Source of the DNA: the human T2T-CHM13v2.0 reference genome, Homo sapiens
DNA: 64,000 bases
NCBI RefSeq assembly: GCF_009914755.1
Contig: NC_060927.1
Strand: one strand, 5' to 3'
Shown here: positions 20,511 through 48,044 of the stretch, in pieces
Layout of the letters: every line of letters starts with the position of its first letter
Numbering within the stretch: the first letter of the stretch is position 1
Translations under genes and position numbers: made by a program
Notes under the pieces: generated by a model
Told to the model about the DNA's origin: nothing
The model's input: the letters and a program-made list of their open reading frames with translations, nothing else
Database searches by the model: none

Positions 20511-21189
20511 ATAAGATTATGAAATGTGAAATTTGAAGCAGTAGTTAGTAATAAGGAGAGATTTTAAGCCCTTTTGAGCTACAAGAAGTCTTTGTAAAAT
20601 CAGTCTTGAAGATAACAAATTAAAACCGTAACAACTGCCTTTGAAATAAGTAGTAATTTAAAAAATAACTTAAATAGTAGAGTATAAGTTGTGTTTTTTG
20701 TTTCCTCATAAAAAATTCCTTGAGCACTTACTGGATGTCACGCACTGTACTAGAGACTTAGGAAACAGCAAGCGGTAAAACAAGCCCCTGCTCTCACGGC
20801 ATCTAAGTGAAGGAAACACAATTAGTAAACAGATATGAAATATGTATACATGTAAGGTATTACAAGTGCTTTTAAGAAAAGCAGGATAAGAGGACACAGA
20901 GTAACAGAAGATTCCATTTTAAATATTTAAGAAAAATTAAAATATTCATGGTTGAACAGTTAATGTGATTTTTGTCATATTCCACAGTTAAATTTAGACC
21001 TTAAGGCATTTAAACTTTGTTCCTTTTGTAAGTAGTTTTGGTTGAAAGTCTTTGCTTATTTAAAATTGTATTGCTATTGCCGTATTTTCTTTGGTTGAGG
21101 TACACCACAGTCTAATTTCTTATGTCACAACATTCATCAGTTCATTAGAAAAGTATAGTCAACAGACAAAACTGTCTCACATTTATTTT

Positions 21190-23165
21190 AAAGTAAATAT
21201 TGCTTAAGGCAATGAGAAGCCACAGACTGAAAATATTTACCAAAAAAAATTATATGTATATTTCTGATAAAGAACTGTTACCCAAAATATACAAAGAACT
21301 CTTAAAACTCAACAATAAAACATACAACCCAAATAAAAACTGAGCAAAAGGGGGCCGGACACGATGGCTCATGACTATAATGACAGCACTTTGAGAGGCT
21401 GAGGCGGGCATATCACTTGAGGTCAGGAGTTTGAGACCAGCCTGTCCAACATTGCGAAACCCTGTCTCTACGAAAAATACAAAAAATTAGGCGGGTGTGG
21501 TGGTGCACCTGCAATCCCAGGTACTCAGGAGGCTGAGGCACGGAGAATCGCTTGAACCCAGGAGGCGGAGGCTACAGTGAGCCAAGATCGCACCACTGCA
21601 CTCCAGCCTGGGCAACAGAGTGAGGCTCTCTGTCTCTCAAAACAAAAACAAACAAAGAAACCCACTGGGCAAAAGACCTGAGCAGACACCTTAGTAAAGA
21701 AAATACACAGACAAGCCAGGCGTGATGGTGCACGCCTGTAGTCCCAGCTACTCTGGAAGCTGAGGCAAGAAGATAACTTGAGCCCAGGAGTTTGAGGCTG
21801 CAATGAGCTATGACTGTATCACTACGCTGCAGCCTGGGCAACAGAATGAGACCCTGTCTCTTTAAAAAAAGAAAAAAAAAGAAAGAAAAAGAAAAAAAGA
21901 AAGAAAAGAGGAGGAGAAACACAGATGGCAAATAAATAGGTGAAAAGATACTCCACATAATATGTCGTTAGAGAATTGCAGATTAAACAAGGAGAAACCA
22001 CTACACACCTATTAGAATGATCAAAATCTAGAACATGGACAACACCAAATACTGGTGAGGATGTTCAGCAAAAGGAACTCTCATTCTTTGCTGATGGGAA
22101 AGAAAAATTGCACAGCCATTTTGGAAGACAGTTAAGCAGTTTCTTTAAAAAAGAAATACATACTTTTTATTTTCTAAAGAGATGGGATCTTACTATGTTG
22201 TGCAGGATGGTCTCGAACTCCTGAGTTAATGTGATCCTCCTGCCTCAGCCTCCCAAAGTGCTGGGATTATAGGTATGAGCTGCCATACCCAGCCTACGAA
22301 ATACATTCTTGCCACACTATCCAGCAATCACTCTCCTTGGTATTCACCCAAATAAGCTGAAAACATATCCACACAAAAACCTGTACAGGGATGTTACACC
22401 AGCTTTGGAAGCAACCAAGATGTCTTTCACTAGGTGAATGGATAAGGTGTGTACATCCAGACAACAGAGTATCATTCAGCACTAAAAAGAAATGGAAAAA
22501 CCTTACATTACAGGTTGAGCATCCCTAAATCAAAAATAGAAAACACAAAATGCTACAAAATCTGAGACTTTTTGAGCAACCACATGACACTCAAAGAAAA
22601 TGATCACTAGAGTATTTCAGATTTTGAATTCATGGATTAGAGATGCTTAACCAGTATAATCCAAATATTCCAGAATCAAAAAAATCTGAAACCCAAAACA
22701 CCTGTGCTCCCAAGCATTTCAGATAAAGGATACTTAACCTGTACTAAGTAAAAGACGCCAATCTTTAAAAGCTATACACTGTATTTCAACAACATGACAT
22801 TCTAAAAAAAGACAAAAACTATGGAGACAGTAAAAATATCAGTAGCTGCTGGGAGTTGGGGTAAAGGGAGGGATGAATCAGTAAAGCCCAGAGAATTTTA
22901 AGGCAGCGAAACTAACTGCATGATCCTATAATGGTAGCTACATGTCATTATACATTTATCTAAACATCAAGAATGAACGTTAATGGAAACCATGGACTTT
23001 GGGTGATAATAATGTATCAATGTAGGCTCAATGCTTGTAACAAATGTATCATTCTGGTACAGGATGTTGATAGTGGGGAAGGTTCTATGTGTCAGAGCAG
23101 AGAATATAATAATTCTCTGTACTTTCTGCTCAATTTTGCTGTGAAACTAAAGCAGCTCTAAAAAA
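21190..23165 (+). mobile_element. L1M 3' region interrupted by Alus (21352-21660 +, 21714-21905 +, 22170-22293 -) and a Tigger
   Basis: L1 3' motifs (aaagaactcttaaaactcaacaat, ggactttgggtgataat). Confidence 0.82.
22511..22741. mobile_element. Tigger4a/MER46-like DNA transposon
   Basis: TA|CAGGTTGAGCATCC ... GGATACTTAACCTG|TA terminal inverted repeats. Confidence 0.85.
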
Positions 23166-23168
23166 GTC

Positions 23169-23462
23169 TTTTTTTTTTTTTTTTGAGATGGAGTCTTGCT
23201 CTGTTGCCAGGCTGGAAGTGCAGTGCTGCAATGGCTCACTGCAACCTCCGCCTCCCACGTTCAAGAGATTCTCCTGCCTCAGCCTCCCGAGTAACTGGGA
23301 CTACGGGCGTGCACCACCATGCCCAGCTAATTTTTGCATTTTTAGTAGAGACGGGATTTCACCATGTTGGCCAGGCTGGTCTCGATCTCTTGACCTCGTG
23401 ATTTGCTGTCCTCGGCCTCCCAAAGTGCTGGGATTACAGGCCTGAGCCACCATGCCCAGCCA
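23169..23462 (-). mobile_element. AluS (Sc-like)
   Basis: Antisense dimer. Confidence 0.92.
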
Positions 23463-23749
23463 AGTCCATTTTTTAAAAAAGTAAATATTGTCTTCAGCCA
23501 AAAAAGGTAAGTTCTTTTTATTAAAGAGATACCAGATAAACCACTTACTGACACTTGTATCATTTATTTTTAAATATTTTCAGATATATGACTTTATTGC
23601 ATACCACTGATTTGATAAATTTTTGTATGTGCAAAAGATAAAAACTTTATTTAGAAAAAATAAAATATATATGCAAAATGATAAATGTATTTTTATGAGT
23701 CAGTAAATTTTTTAAAATTTCAAGTCATAGAAGGTGAAATTTTAGGATG

Positions 23750-24680
<931 letters not shown>

Positions 24681-24811
24681 GAACACGTCCAACAAAAGAG
24701 CAGCTCTTTCAACTTAAGTTTAATATGTATCTATCTTAAAATGTAAAAGAAATTATCCTCACTTGTAAAAACCAATTTGCCTTCAAGACCATAAATATCA
24801 AGATCTCAAGT

Positions 24812-24965
24812 CTTTTTTTTTTAAGAGACAGGGTCTCTGTCACCCATGCTGAAATACAGTGACACAATAATGACTCACTGCAGCCTCAACTCCTGTGCTC
24901 AAGCAATCCTGCCTCAGCCGCCTGAATACCTGGGACTACAGCTGGGCATCACAATGCCTGGCTAA

Positions 24966-24998
<33 letters not shown>

Positions 24999-25118
24999 TG
25001 CAGTGAGTGGGTCTCCCATTGTTGCCCTAGCTGGTTGTGAACTCCTGGCCTCGAGCAGTCCTCCCGCCTTAGCCTCCCAAAGTGCTGACATTACAGGCAT
25101 GAGCCACCACACCTGGCC
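24812..25118 (-). mobile_element. AluJ
   Basis: Antisense dimer. Confidence 0.9.
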
Positions 25119-25119
25119 T

Positions 25120-26290
<1,171 letters not shown>

Positions 26291-26337
26291 CAAAGGATTA
26301 AAAGGTAGAATTTCCTTCAAAAAGGAAGAAACTGCTG

Positions 26338-26615
26338 TTTTGTTGTTCTTGCCAGGGCAGGGGTGCGGTGGTACCATCACAGCTCACTGCAGCCTCAAAC
26401 TCCAAGGCTCAAGTAATTCTCCAACCTCATGCTTCAGCCTCTCAGGTAGCTGGGACTACAGACACACGCCTCCACACCCAGCTAACTTTTCAATTTTTGT
26501 AGAAACAGGTCAGGCTATGTTGCCCAGTCTGGTCTCAAACACCTGGCCTCAAGCAATCCTCCCACCACGGCGTCCCCAAGTGCTGGGATTACAGGCATGA
26601 GCCACCGCACCCAGG
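26338..26615 (-). mobile_element. AluJ
   Basis: Antisense dimer. Confidence 0.87.
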
Positions 26616-26959
26616 CCAAGTAACTGCTCTATCAATTTGCCATTAACTTGTTTCAGGTCCTTGCTCGGTCTGCCTTAAAACGCAGCTTCAAGATTGTTTA
26701 TAATAGTTGCTTAACTATTAAAGAGATAAACAATAAGTCCAGATAAAAACACTGTCCTACATAAGTGTTTTGTAGTGACTACCACACCCTAAATATTATA
26801 TATGGGGCTATTCAAAAATATTGAGACACTATATAATAACATGGAGATGCTTGCAAGAGACTGTATTGTTTTCTATTCTGTTTCTTTGCTTCAATTTCCT
26901 TTTTTTATGATATTAGCCCATTTTCTACTGAGGTAGTATCAGCATAAAAAAATGTTTAG

Positions 26960-28846
<1,887 letters not shown>

Positions 28847-29034
28847 TGATTTACTTGTTCTATAGTGATAGAATAAGGAATAGGGTTATAGACAGCCAAT
28901 GGAAAACTATGCCTTGCCTTTTTAACCATTAGGTTAAACAGAGGAAAGGACTAAAAATCACTGTGCTTTATTATTATCTGTTTATATATAATGAATTATA
29001 TGTAATTCAGCCTGATAATTCTGAGACCTTTAGA

Positions 29035-29200
29035 ACAGTGGTCCTTAAAGGTTCACATCAGAATCACCTAGACAGCATTTTGAAAGTATCTATGCCTGAG
29101 TCCTATTCACCTCTAGAAGTTTTCATTCAGTAGGTCTGGGGCAGAGTCCAAACAAAGGCATTTTGGAAGAAGCTCCTCAGGTGATTCTGATGTGCATCGC
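29035..29200. mobile_element. MER5A-like
   Basis: catcagaatcacct ... caggtgattctgatg inverted motifs. Confidence 0.75.
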
Positions 29201-30369
29201 CTATTTGACTTCTCAAATGATGAAATAAACATTAAAATAAACCAAATGAAAACATTCATAATATAGAAGGCAAAGATCTTGACACAAAGTCATCCGTTAT
29301 CTTTCTTAGGATCAAACTCTACCTTCATAACAGTGTCTTACTTTTACCTCAATGATCACTACTAGCACCTGTCGCCAGGATACAGCTGCTGCGTTCAAAC
29401 CAAAAGAGATGCCATTGTTTGTATTTGTTGGAATCATAGGAAAGCAGTACTAGTAATGCATTAGTGCTGTAGTCATAGGAAAGATTACATACTGCTTACA
29501 CAATAGCTGATTGATGAGCAAGAAATCTCCTCTACAATAGTTGCTGTACAATTGTGAGTGGTGGTTTGAATTAAACAGTTTTGTAATTTGTACGGAAGTT
29601 TTCTATTGTCACAGTTAGTTTTCTTCCATACCTAAAAGATTTGAGTTTTTAAATGAATACTGTAAAAGCAAGATTTTTGTTTTAATTTCCTTTCATACTT
29701 CACCTGGAAAGATTATTTCTAAATACCTTAAAATATGTTCTTTTCAAGAGATTCAGAAATATATAGTAAGTTATTCTTGCTATGAATTCTTTTCCTAACC
29801 AAATATTTAGAAACAAGTTCCTTTGTTATATACATCTTGACACTATTATATAAAGAACATTTCTGCTATTCTGTTATATCCAAAATGGAAGTTTTGGATA
29901 CCAGACAACTTTCACATACAAGTTAACCTTCCAGTTCATTTTTTGTGTATCGAAAAAAAATGAGGTATCAGAGGTTATGTTTTTTAACCTCTTATGAAAT
30001 GAATCAAGACACAAAAACAGAGAAGTGTATAATGTACTCCCTTGTACCCAATACCTAGTTTCAATGATCAGAACTTTGCCATTCCTGCTTCATATAGTCC
30101 TGTCCCTTTTTTTAACTGATGTATTTTAAAGCAAATCCTAGATGCTGTATTATTTTATTGATCCTTAACAGATAAGATTTTTTAACAGAGCCTCTTTATC
30201 ATTATCACACATAATAATAACAAAAAATCCTTAATGTCTCACTCTCATTTCATGATTGACTCTCCCTTACTGTCTCTGAAAGTATTTTTACACTTAGTTT
30301 TCCTCAAGGTTGTATCTTTTTGTTCCATATTGTGACATGCTAAAATATTTTGCCTGAAAAGTCCATTTT

Positions 30370-30577
30370 GTTTTCTTTTTTATTTAGAGATGGAGTCTTG
30401 CTCTGTTGCCCAGGCTGGAGTGCAGTGTGCGTCGATCATAGCTCACTGCAGCCTCAAAAGTGATTCTCTTGCCTCAGCCTCCCCAGTAGCTACAGAACTA
30501 CAGGCATGCACTACTACACCTGGCTAATTTTTTTTTTAATTTTCTGTAGAGACAAAGTCGTGCCATGTTGCCCAGGT
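30370..30577 (-). mobile_element. Truncated AluJ
   Basis: Right arm plus part of the left arm. Confidence 0.85.
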
Positions 30578-31211
30578 TAAAAGTCAATGTCATATGTACT
30601 ATGCAAATCTGAACATGTCACATCTCTTTAAGAGCTTCTCACTATGTTTTCTATGATGAGCCTCCAAAATCCTTAACATGACATAAAATATCTTGCATGA
30701 TTTGGCCCTTCTTCAAATCCAAGGCCTCAGATACGACTGAGACTTCTCCTAGGCTCCACCATAATCCAAATTTTTCATGATTTTTAAATCATTCCAATGA
30801 TATGATGAATTAAAAGAAACAGGAATGAACAGCTGGCTAAATGTAATGAAAAAGCAACCCACTCCATGAACCTTGATGGAATACTGATTCAAAGGAATAA
30901 AACTAGTAAAATTAGTCATAAAGGACATAACAGGCACAAATGGGAACATTTCAACATGAAATTATTTTTAGTGTTATAAATGTGGTTATGTAGGAGAATG
31001 TCCTTATTTTTACGAGCTGCAGGTCAAACTTTCAAATGATTCAGAAAAAAAAAAGTACATGTGAGATGTATTTTATATACCTATTATACATGCATGTAAG
31101 ATAAAGAGATAGAGACACACATAAAGCAAATGTGCCAAAATAGTAACAACCGGTAACTCTAGATGAAGGCTAGACAGATGTTCACTGTACAATCCTTTCT
31201 TGGATCTGTTA

Positions 31212-31945
<734 letters not shown>

Positions 31946-32079
31946 GCTTAGATTCTACTGAAGATGGTTCAAGATTCAGAGCAGAAATGACAGAGTTCAA
32001 ATCCCCTCCTACCACTTAATAGTTGTGTTCTCTGTCCCCTAGTATAAATAGCATATATCTCGGAGTTGTGAATAAATGA

Positions 32080-32478
<399 letters not shown>

Positions 32479-32515
32479 AGTTTTGACTACTTTTTAGTCA
32501 ACTAAAAAAATTTTA

Positions 32516-32791
32516 AGACCAGGTGCGGTGGTTCACGCCTATAATCCCACCTGGGGAGGCCAAGATGGGAGGATAGCTTCAGCCCAGGAGTTCAAGACCA
32601 GCCTGGGCAACACAGTGAGATTTCGTCTCTACAAAAAATTTAAAAAATTAGCTGGGCACAGTGACACACACCTGCAGTCCCAGCTATTCAAGAGGCTGTG
32701 GTGAGAGGATCATTTGAGCCAAGAGGTCAAGGCTGCAGTAAGCCATGATTGTGCCACTGCACTCCAGCCTGAGTGATAGAGTGAGACCCTG

Positions 32792-32825
<34 letters not shown>
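32516..32825 (+). mobile_element. AluJ
   Basis: Dimer with a long A tail. Confidence 0.9.
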
Positions 32826-32827
<2 letters not shown>

Positions 32828-32843
32828 TTTTAAGAGTTGATTG

Positions 32844-32907
32844 CTTGCAGTGAGCTGAGATCGCGCCACTGCACTCCAGCCTGGGCGACAGAGCGAGACT
32901 CCGTCTC

Positions 32908-32933
<26 letters not shown>
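32844..32933 (+). mobile_element. 5'-truncated AluY (last ~64 nt plus poly-A)
   Basis: Perfect 12-bp TSD aagagttgattg (32832-32843 and 32934-32945), TTTT/AA site, CpGs retained. Confidence 0.92.
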
Positions 32934-32938
<5 letters not shown>

Positions 32939-33474
32939 TTGATTGAGGTAGCAGGATATCAAACACATTTTTTAAATTTGCTATACAACTAAAAGTATCA
33001 TCTGAATAGTTAAGTGTGTCAAAATGTTTGTGAAATTAAATATAACATTTCCTTAGAGCCCTCATATAAAAATACCCTGGTAGCTTAGACTAGTCAGAGT
33101 CTCTCAAGAATTATGACAACTACCCATCAAGACTTAACGATTCTGGACTGACTTAGTTACTACATTGTAAAAGGAAATTTAAATAAGACCCCAGGTGTCA
33201 TATATTACTTATCGTTTTGCAATTCATCAATTGTACAATAACAGAAAAATTCCTCAAATAAAAATTATAGTATGTTATGTGAAAATGGAGAATGTATAAC
33301 TATTTTAAGAAAGTACTTATTGGTAGTAAAAGCCTGTTGCCTATCTACTGTGTGCAAGAAATCGTGCTCAAGAACAAAGGAATAAAAAGACATGGTGGTC
33401 TGTGTCCCAAAAAGTTTACCATCTAAAAGTGAATATAGGATGGGATCACATCAGTTTTTAAAGTAAATTACACA

Positions 33475-34100
33475 AGGCTGCACAGCAATGCCAGCCCTAT
33501 TTAACAACTCTACCTCAGTGTCTACTAGGTGTCTCAAACTTAACATGTAAAAAATATAACTCTTGACTTTTTTCCAAAAAAAACCTATTCTTCCCTTGTC
33601 TTCCTCTTTATCAATAAACAGAATCTCCATCCACCCAGCTGCTAAAGCCAAAAATGCGATTTTTTTATTCTTCTAATTCCCTATAAAAAAATTCAACATC
33701 AACTCTTCTTGATGCTATGAAAAAATGTTCTCAACTATCTCCCAAGTTGTCTCTCACCTGGCCCAGCCTGATAACTAGTTTCCTACAATGGCTTCCTGCG
33801 TGGTCTCTTTGCATTCACTCTTCCCCCATACAGCCCATTATCAAACAGTACTCAAAATATTTTTAAAACATAAACCTTATCTCCCACCACTGCTAAAAGC
33901 TTTCTAATTGCTTCCTATTGCACTAACCATAACATCCAAACTCATCACTACAGATGAATTATAATGCCTAACATGACCTCATCCTTGCCTACCTCTGATC
34001 TTAATTCTTAACCATCCCTTCCTCTTGCACACCCTGCTCCAACCCTATCGGCCTTCCTTCCGTTCCTTGAAGATCAAGCTCCTTTCTCCCTGAGGCTTTA
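33475..34100 (+). mobile_element. L2 fragment
   Basis: tctcaaacttaacatg, ctccatccacccagctgctaaagccaaaaa. Confidence 0.75.
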
Positions 34101-34699
34101 ATCTACAAGCTTCTCCCCACAACCACCACCACCTGCTATCCACCCTTTCCTACCCATGACTCCAGTGGTCAAACCTTGCATTCCCAACAGGAAGACAGGC
34201 AAACATCCTGGGTTTCCAGGTGGAGATGACACAATGCATCATCACCAATGAGTATTCGTGCCAAAAAAGTTTAAACTGTATCTGTCCCAAGGAAACAATC
34301 AGAAAAATTCAGGAAGGGGGCCATTCTAAAAGATAATTAGTCTAAACTCTTCAGAAAAGCAAGTAACCTAAGAGTGTTATCAAATTATCAATAATCTAGA
34401 GAAGCAGGGTATCAACACATCTAAAACAGGATTAAGCAGTATTATGTCACAACAACTTCACAGAATATACGATGCAGTCTTTTTTTAGCCATAAAACCTT
34501 CCTGGCTAGTTCTACTCTTCCCCTTTCTCACTACGGCAACTGAGTAGTCCAAAAAAGAAAAAAGAAAAAACTTCCTAACAATATTAAACATTTATACTAT
34601 TAAATTAAAAATAGCAAAGCCACCAAAATTTGCACTATGATTATAAGGTCATATGTAAACCAATGAGCACAGATTAGATCTTTGGCAAGATTACAAATC

Positions 34700-35271
34700 A
34701 GTGTTGAGACTTTTGAGGATATTGGGATGGGGTGAATATGTTTTGCATGTGGAATAGAGGTGAATTTTGGGGAGCCAGGGGGTGGACTGTGGTAGACAAA
34801 ATAATGCCCCCCGCCACCCGCCCCCACCAAGGATGTCAACATCCGAATCCTCAGAACCCGCAAATACGTTAGGTTACACGGCAAAGGGAAATTAAGGTTG
34901 CTATCATCTGACCTTGAGATTGGGAGATTATTCTGGAATGTCAGCCCAACATTATCACAAGGGTCCTTATCAGTAAAAGAGGAGGATAGAAGAGGGAGTA
35001 TCACAACCACTGCTGGCTTTGGAGATGGAAAGGGGCCATGAGCCAAGGAATATGGGCAGCCCTTTGAAATTGGAGAAGGCAAGGTATAAAAAACTAAAAT
35101 AAAGGATTCTTCCCTAGACCTTCCAGAAAAGAATGCAGCCCTGCCAACTGGCCTTTTATTTTAGCCCAGTGAGATCTGTATCAAAACTGTGATCTCCAGA
35201 ACTGTAAAATCATTTTGTGTCGTTTTAGGCCACTAAGTTTGGGGTAATTTGCTATAACGGCAATAAAAAGC

Positions 35272-35272
<1 letters not shown>
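34700..35272 (+). mobile_element. MLT1 LTR (from ~34788) preceded by an internal remnant with polypurine tract
   Basis: ggggagccagggggtggac|TGTGG ... ctccagaactgtaa ... gccactaagtttggggtaatttg. Confidence 0.8.
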
Positions 35273-36058
<786 letters not shown>

Positions 36059-36279
36059 TATATATATACATACATGTATACATATATAGTCATAATTATA
36101 TGTATGTATATATGCAGTCATATATATAGGTATATATATTATATAGATGTATATATACAGTCATACATAGGTATACATACATAGATATATATACACTCAT
36201 ATATATAGGTGTGTGTGTATATATATATATACACACACACACACTCATATATATAGGTCTATACATATATATACACACA
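36059..36279. repeat. TA-rich minisatellite with recurring CAGTCAT/CACTCAT motifs
   Basis: Seen directly. Confidence 0.85.
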
Positions 36280-36596
36280 CAGTCATATTCCAATCAACAG
36301 ACCACAAATACAACAGCGGTCCCATGGGATTATAATATCATATTTTTACTGTACCTTTTCTATGTTTAGATATGTTTAGATACACAAATGCCACTGTGTT
36401 AAAATTGCCTACAGTATTCAGTACAATAACAAGCTGTACAGGTTTGTATCCTAGGACCCAGAGGCTATATCATATACCCTAGATGTGTAGTAGGCTATAC
36501 CATCTAAGTTGTGTAAATACACCCTATGATGTTTACATGACAAAATCATGATGCATTTCTCAGAAGATATTCTCGTCATTAAGTAACACATAACTG
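36280..36596 (-). mobile_element. Tigger3a/MER7-like copy 2, near complete
   Basis: cagtcat ... tttttactgtaccttttctatgtttaga ... catttctcagaa ... ataactg. Confidence 0.85.
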
Positions 36597-36649
36597 CAAT
36601 TAAACACACACATGCAGGAATATATTATATACTCACACAATGGGTAATA

Positions 36650-37580
36650 TCAAAAGGTGATATTACCAAATGCTAGCAAGAATGTGGAGCAACAGGAACA
36701 CTCAAATATTGTTGGCAGATTTATAAACAGTACAATCGCTTTGGAATAATGCTTTGCAGTTTCTTATAAACACGTTTACCCCTTGACACAGCAATTCAAC
36801 TCCTAGGTATTTATCTTAAGAGAAATGAAAACCTACCGTAAGAAAATTTGTATAAGAATGTTCGTAACAACTTTATTCACAATGATCAAACAACGGAAGC
36901 AATCTATCCATCATCAGGAGAATGAATACATTATGGTACATTCACAAAGAAATACTACACAGCAGTAAGAATGAACTAGTGACACTGGCCAGGTGCAGTG
37001 GCTCACACTTGTAATCCCAGCACTTTGGGAGGCTGAGGTGGGTGAATCACTTGAGGTCAGGAGTTCGAGACCAGCCTGGCCAACATGATAAAACCCCATC
37101 TCCGCTAAATATACAAAAATTAGTCGGGTGTGGTGGTGTGTGCCTGTAATCCCAGTTATCCAGGAGGCTGAGGCAGGAGAACAGCTTGAACCCAGGAGGC
37201 AGTGAGCTGAGATCGCACCACTGCACTCCAGCCTGGGCAAAAGAGCAAGACTCCATCTCAAAAAAAAAAAAAAAAAATGAACTAGTGACACACAGAAAAA
37301 CATGGATCAATCTCATAGTTAAAATGCTAAGCAAAAGTACCAAAACGCTGAGAATAATAATTGACATACAAACCATAAGAATCTATTTATAATGTTCAAC
37401 GATAGGCAAAACTAATCTAAAGTTCAAAAAAAGCAAAACAGTGGTTGTCTTTAGGTGGTGGGGGAAGCATTCTGGGAAGATGGAAAATAGGCTGTATCGT
37501 GACAGAGGTGTAGGTGACGGGTAGTGTACAATTGTGCATTTCAATGTATGCAAGTTTTTATCAAGAAAAAAACTATGAAC
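36650..37580 (+). mobile_element. L1M 3' fragment with an AluS at ~36987-37277
   Basis: cagcaattcaactcctaggtattta. The Alu TSD is aatgaactagtgacac. Confidence 0.8.
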
Positions 37581-38311
37581 ACGAATTAATACTTTTTAAT
37601 TTCTTTTCTTTGGGTGCTTCTACTTTAGGTTTCATATCTAAGAAACCATTGCCTAATTCAAGGTCACAAAAATTTAATCTTATGTTTTCTCCTAAGAGAT
37701 TTATAGTTTTAGGTCTTCCATTTAGATCTATGATCCATTTTGGGAGAGTTCTTTTTGCCTATGGCACAAGGGAGAGTAAGTATAACAGAAACATAGATGA
37801 AACAAGAATTACACAACATTGGTATTTGCTTAAACTGGATAATGAGGGGTCATTAATATTATTCTGTTTAATTTGTATATGCTTGAAATTTTCTATAATC
37901 AAAAAATTAAGTGCAAAATGCCAGGAAAGCAACAAATTCAGGTTAGAAAGGAAGATGAAAAGGACAGGTCCAAAACAGTCCATGGATGACTGCCTAATGT
38001 TCTCTAATGATTTGTTTCTGCCAAGATGATCTGCCGGGATTTCTTATCTACAGATTATCAGGGAGGGAATTTACTTGATAAAGAAGAGACACAATCTTCT
38101 AATGTGATAAAGGACACAAAATAAATCCTACATAAGCTATGAAGCTTATTTGATGGATGTTTGATGCTATTAATTATTGTTACTTTTTTCTGATGTGATA
38201 ATGGTGTGTAGTTACATAATTTTTTTAAAGTGTATATATTTTCAGAGACATACACATACATACTGATGGAATTCTATACTCTCTGAGATTTGCTTCAAAA
38301 ATCATATGGGG

Positions 38312-38612
<301 letters not shown>

Positions 38613-38754
38613 TCATATGGGGAAACAAGGGGCTGGGGTTTAAAGATCACCATGCATTGATAACTGTTAAGTCAAGGCGAAAGAAATATGGAGGCTCAAC
38701 ATGTATTTTCTATTCCACCTATGCGTTTGATTATAAATGTTCTACGCTTCAAAC

Positions 38755-44480
<5,726 letters not shown>

Positions 44481-44934
44481 GTTGAATCATCCCTGAAATT
44501 TTAATAAGGCCAAATAATAAAAAGTTTTAAATAAATAAGGCCAAAATACATAGAAAGACATATCCTCTTCTGAAATTGAAGAAAAAAGTACTGTAAAGAC
44601 TAAATATGTAAAACATATAACAAGAGGAAATTTGTCCTCCCGCACATCACAAAAGGGATGTGCGATTCATTTTAAATCAATGAAGAATGAATTTTTTTTA
44701 AAGGTGTTAGAACAAGTGGTTTTCATTAGGAAGAAAATAAAATTAGATTATCTGCTACAATCAAAACTAAGACCCAGTTGCATTACATGAAACTTAAAAT
44801 CACTATAAAATGACAGAAAAATATAATGGGGTAGGGAAACTTTGCTAGGCAATAAACAAAAGCCAGCTTTTAAATTTCTATATGATAAAAGACACCATAA
44901 ACAACGCAAATTTAACTGACACAATATTTAATAA

Positions 44935-47813
<2,879 letters not shown>

Positions 47814-47995
47814 CAAGAGTATGTTTAAGTAAAAGAAAAGCAGTACTTTTACGGAGGTTTTGTAAAATTTTAAAGACCTACTACATGCAACTACATACAA
47901 TTAAGGGCCCAAACAAATTCCAACTTCAACATATTTTGGCCAAAATGCAAAATTTCCACTCAAAAAAAAGTATACTTAGGCACTTTACATTCCTG

Positions 47996-48044
47996 TAGAT
48001 TTTTAGATGAACAAGGTTTTTAGATTTTAGATGAACAAGATTTT
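47996..48044. repeat. Two-copy ~24-bp tandem duplication
   Basis: tagatttttagatgaacaaggtttt / tagattttagatgaacaagatttt. Confidence 0.85.

Noticed and set aside
29358-29380. CTCF-like motif (TGGCGACAGGTGCTAG on the minus strand)
   Set aside because: Several mismatches at core positions, so it cannot be supported without a PWM scan or ChIP data.
34600-35082. 160-aa minus-strand ORF
   Set aside because: It is an antisense reading of an MLT1 LTR.
36059-36290. CRISPR-like periodic motif
   Set aside because: Eukaryotic low-complexity TA minisatellite without unique spacers or cas genes.
37514-38029. 171-aa ORF
   Set aside because: It runs across several L1 fragments of opposite orientation, has a non-ATG start and shows no recognisable domain.
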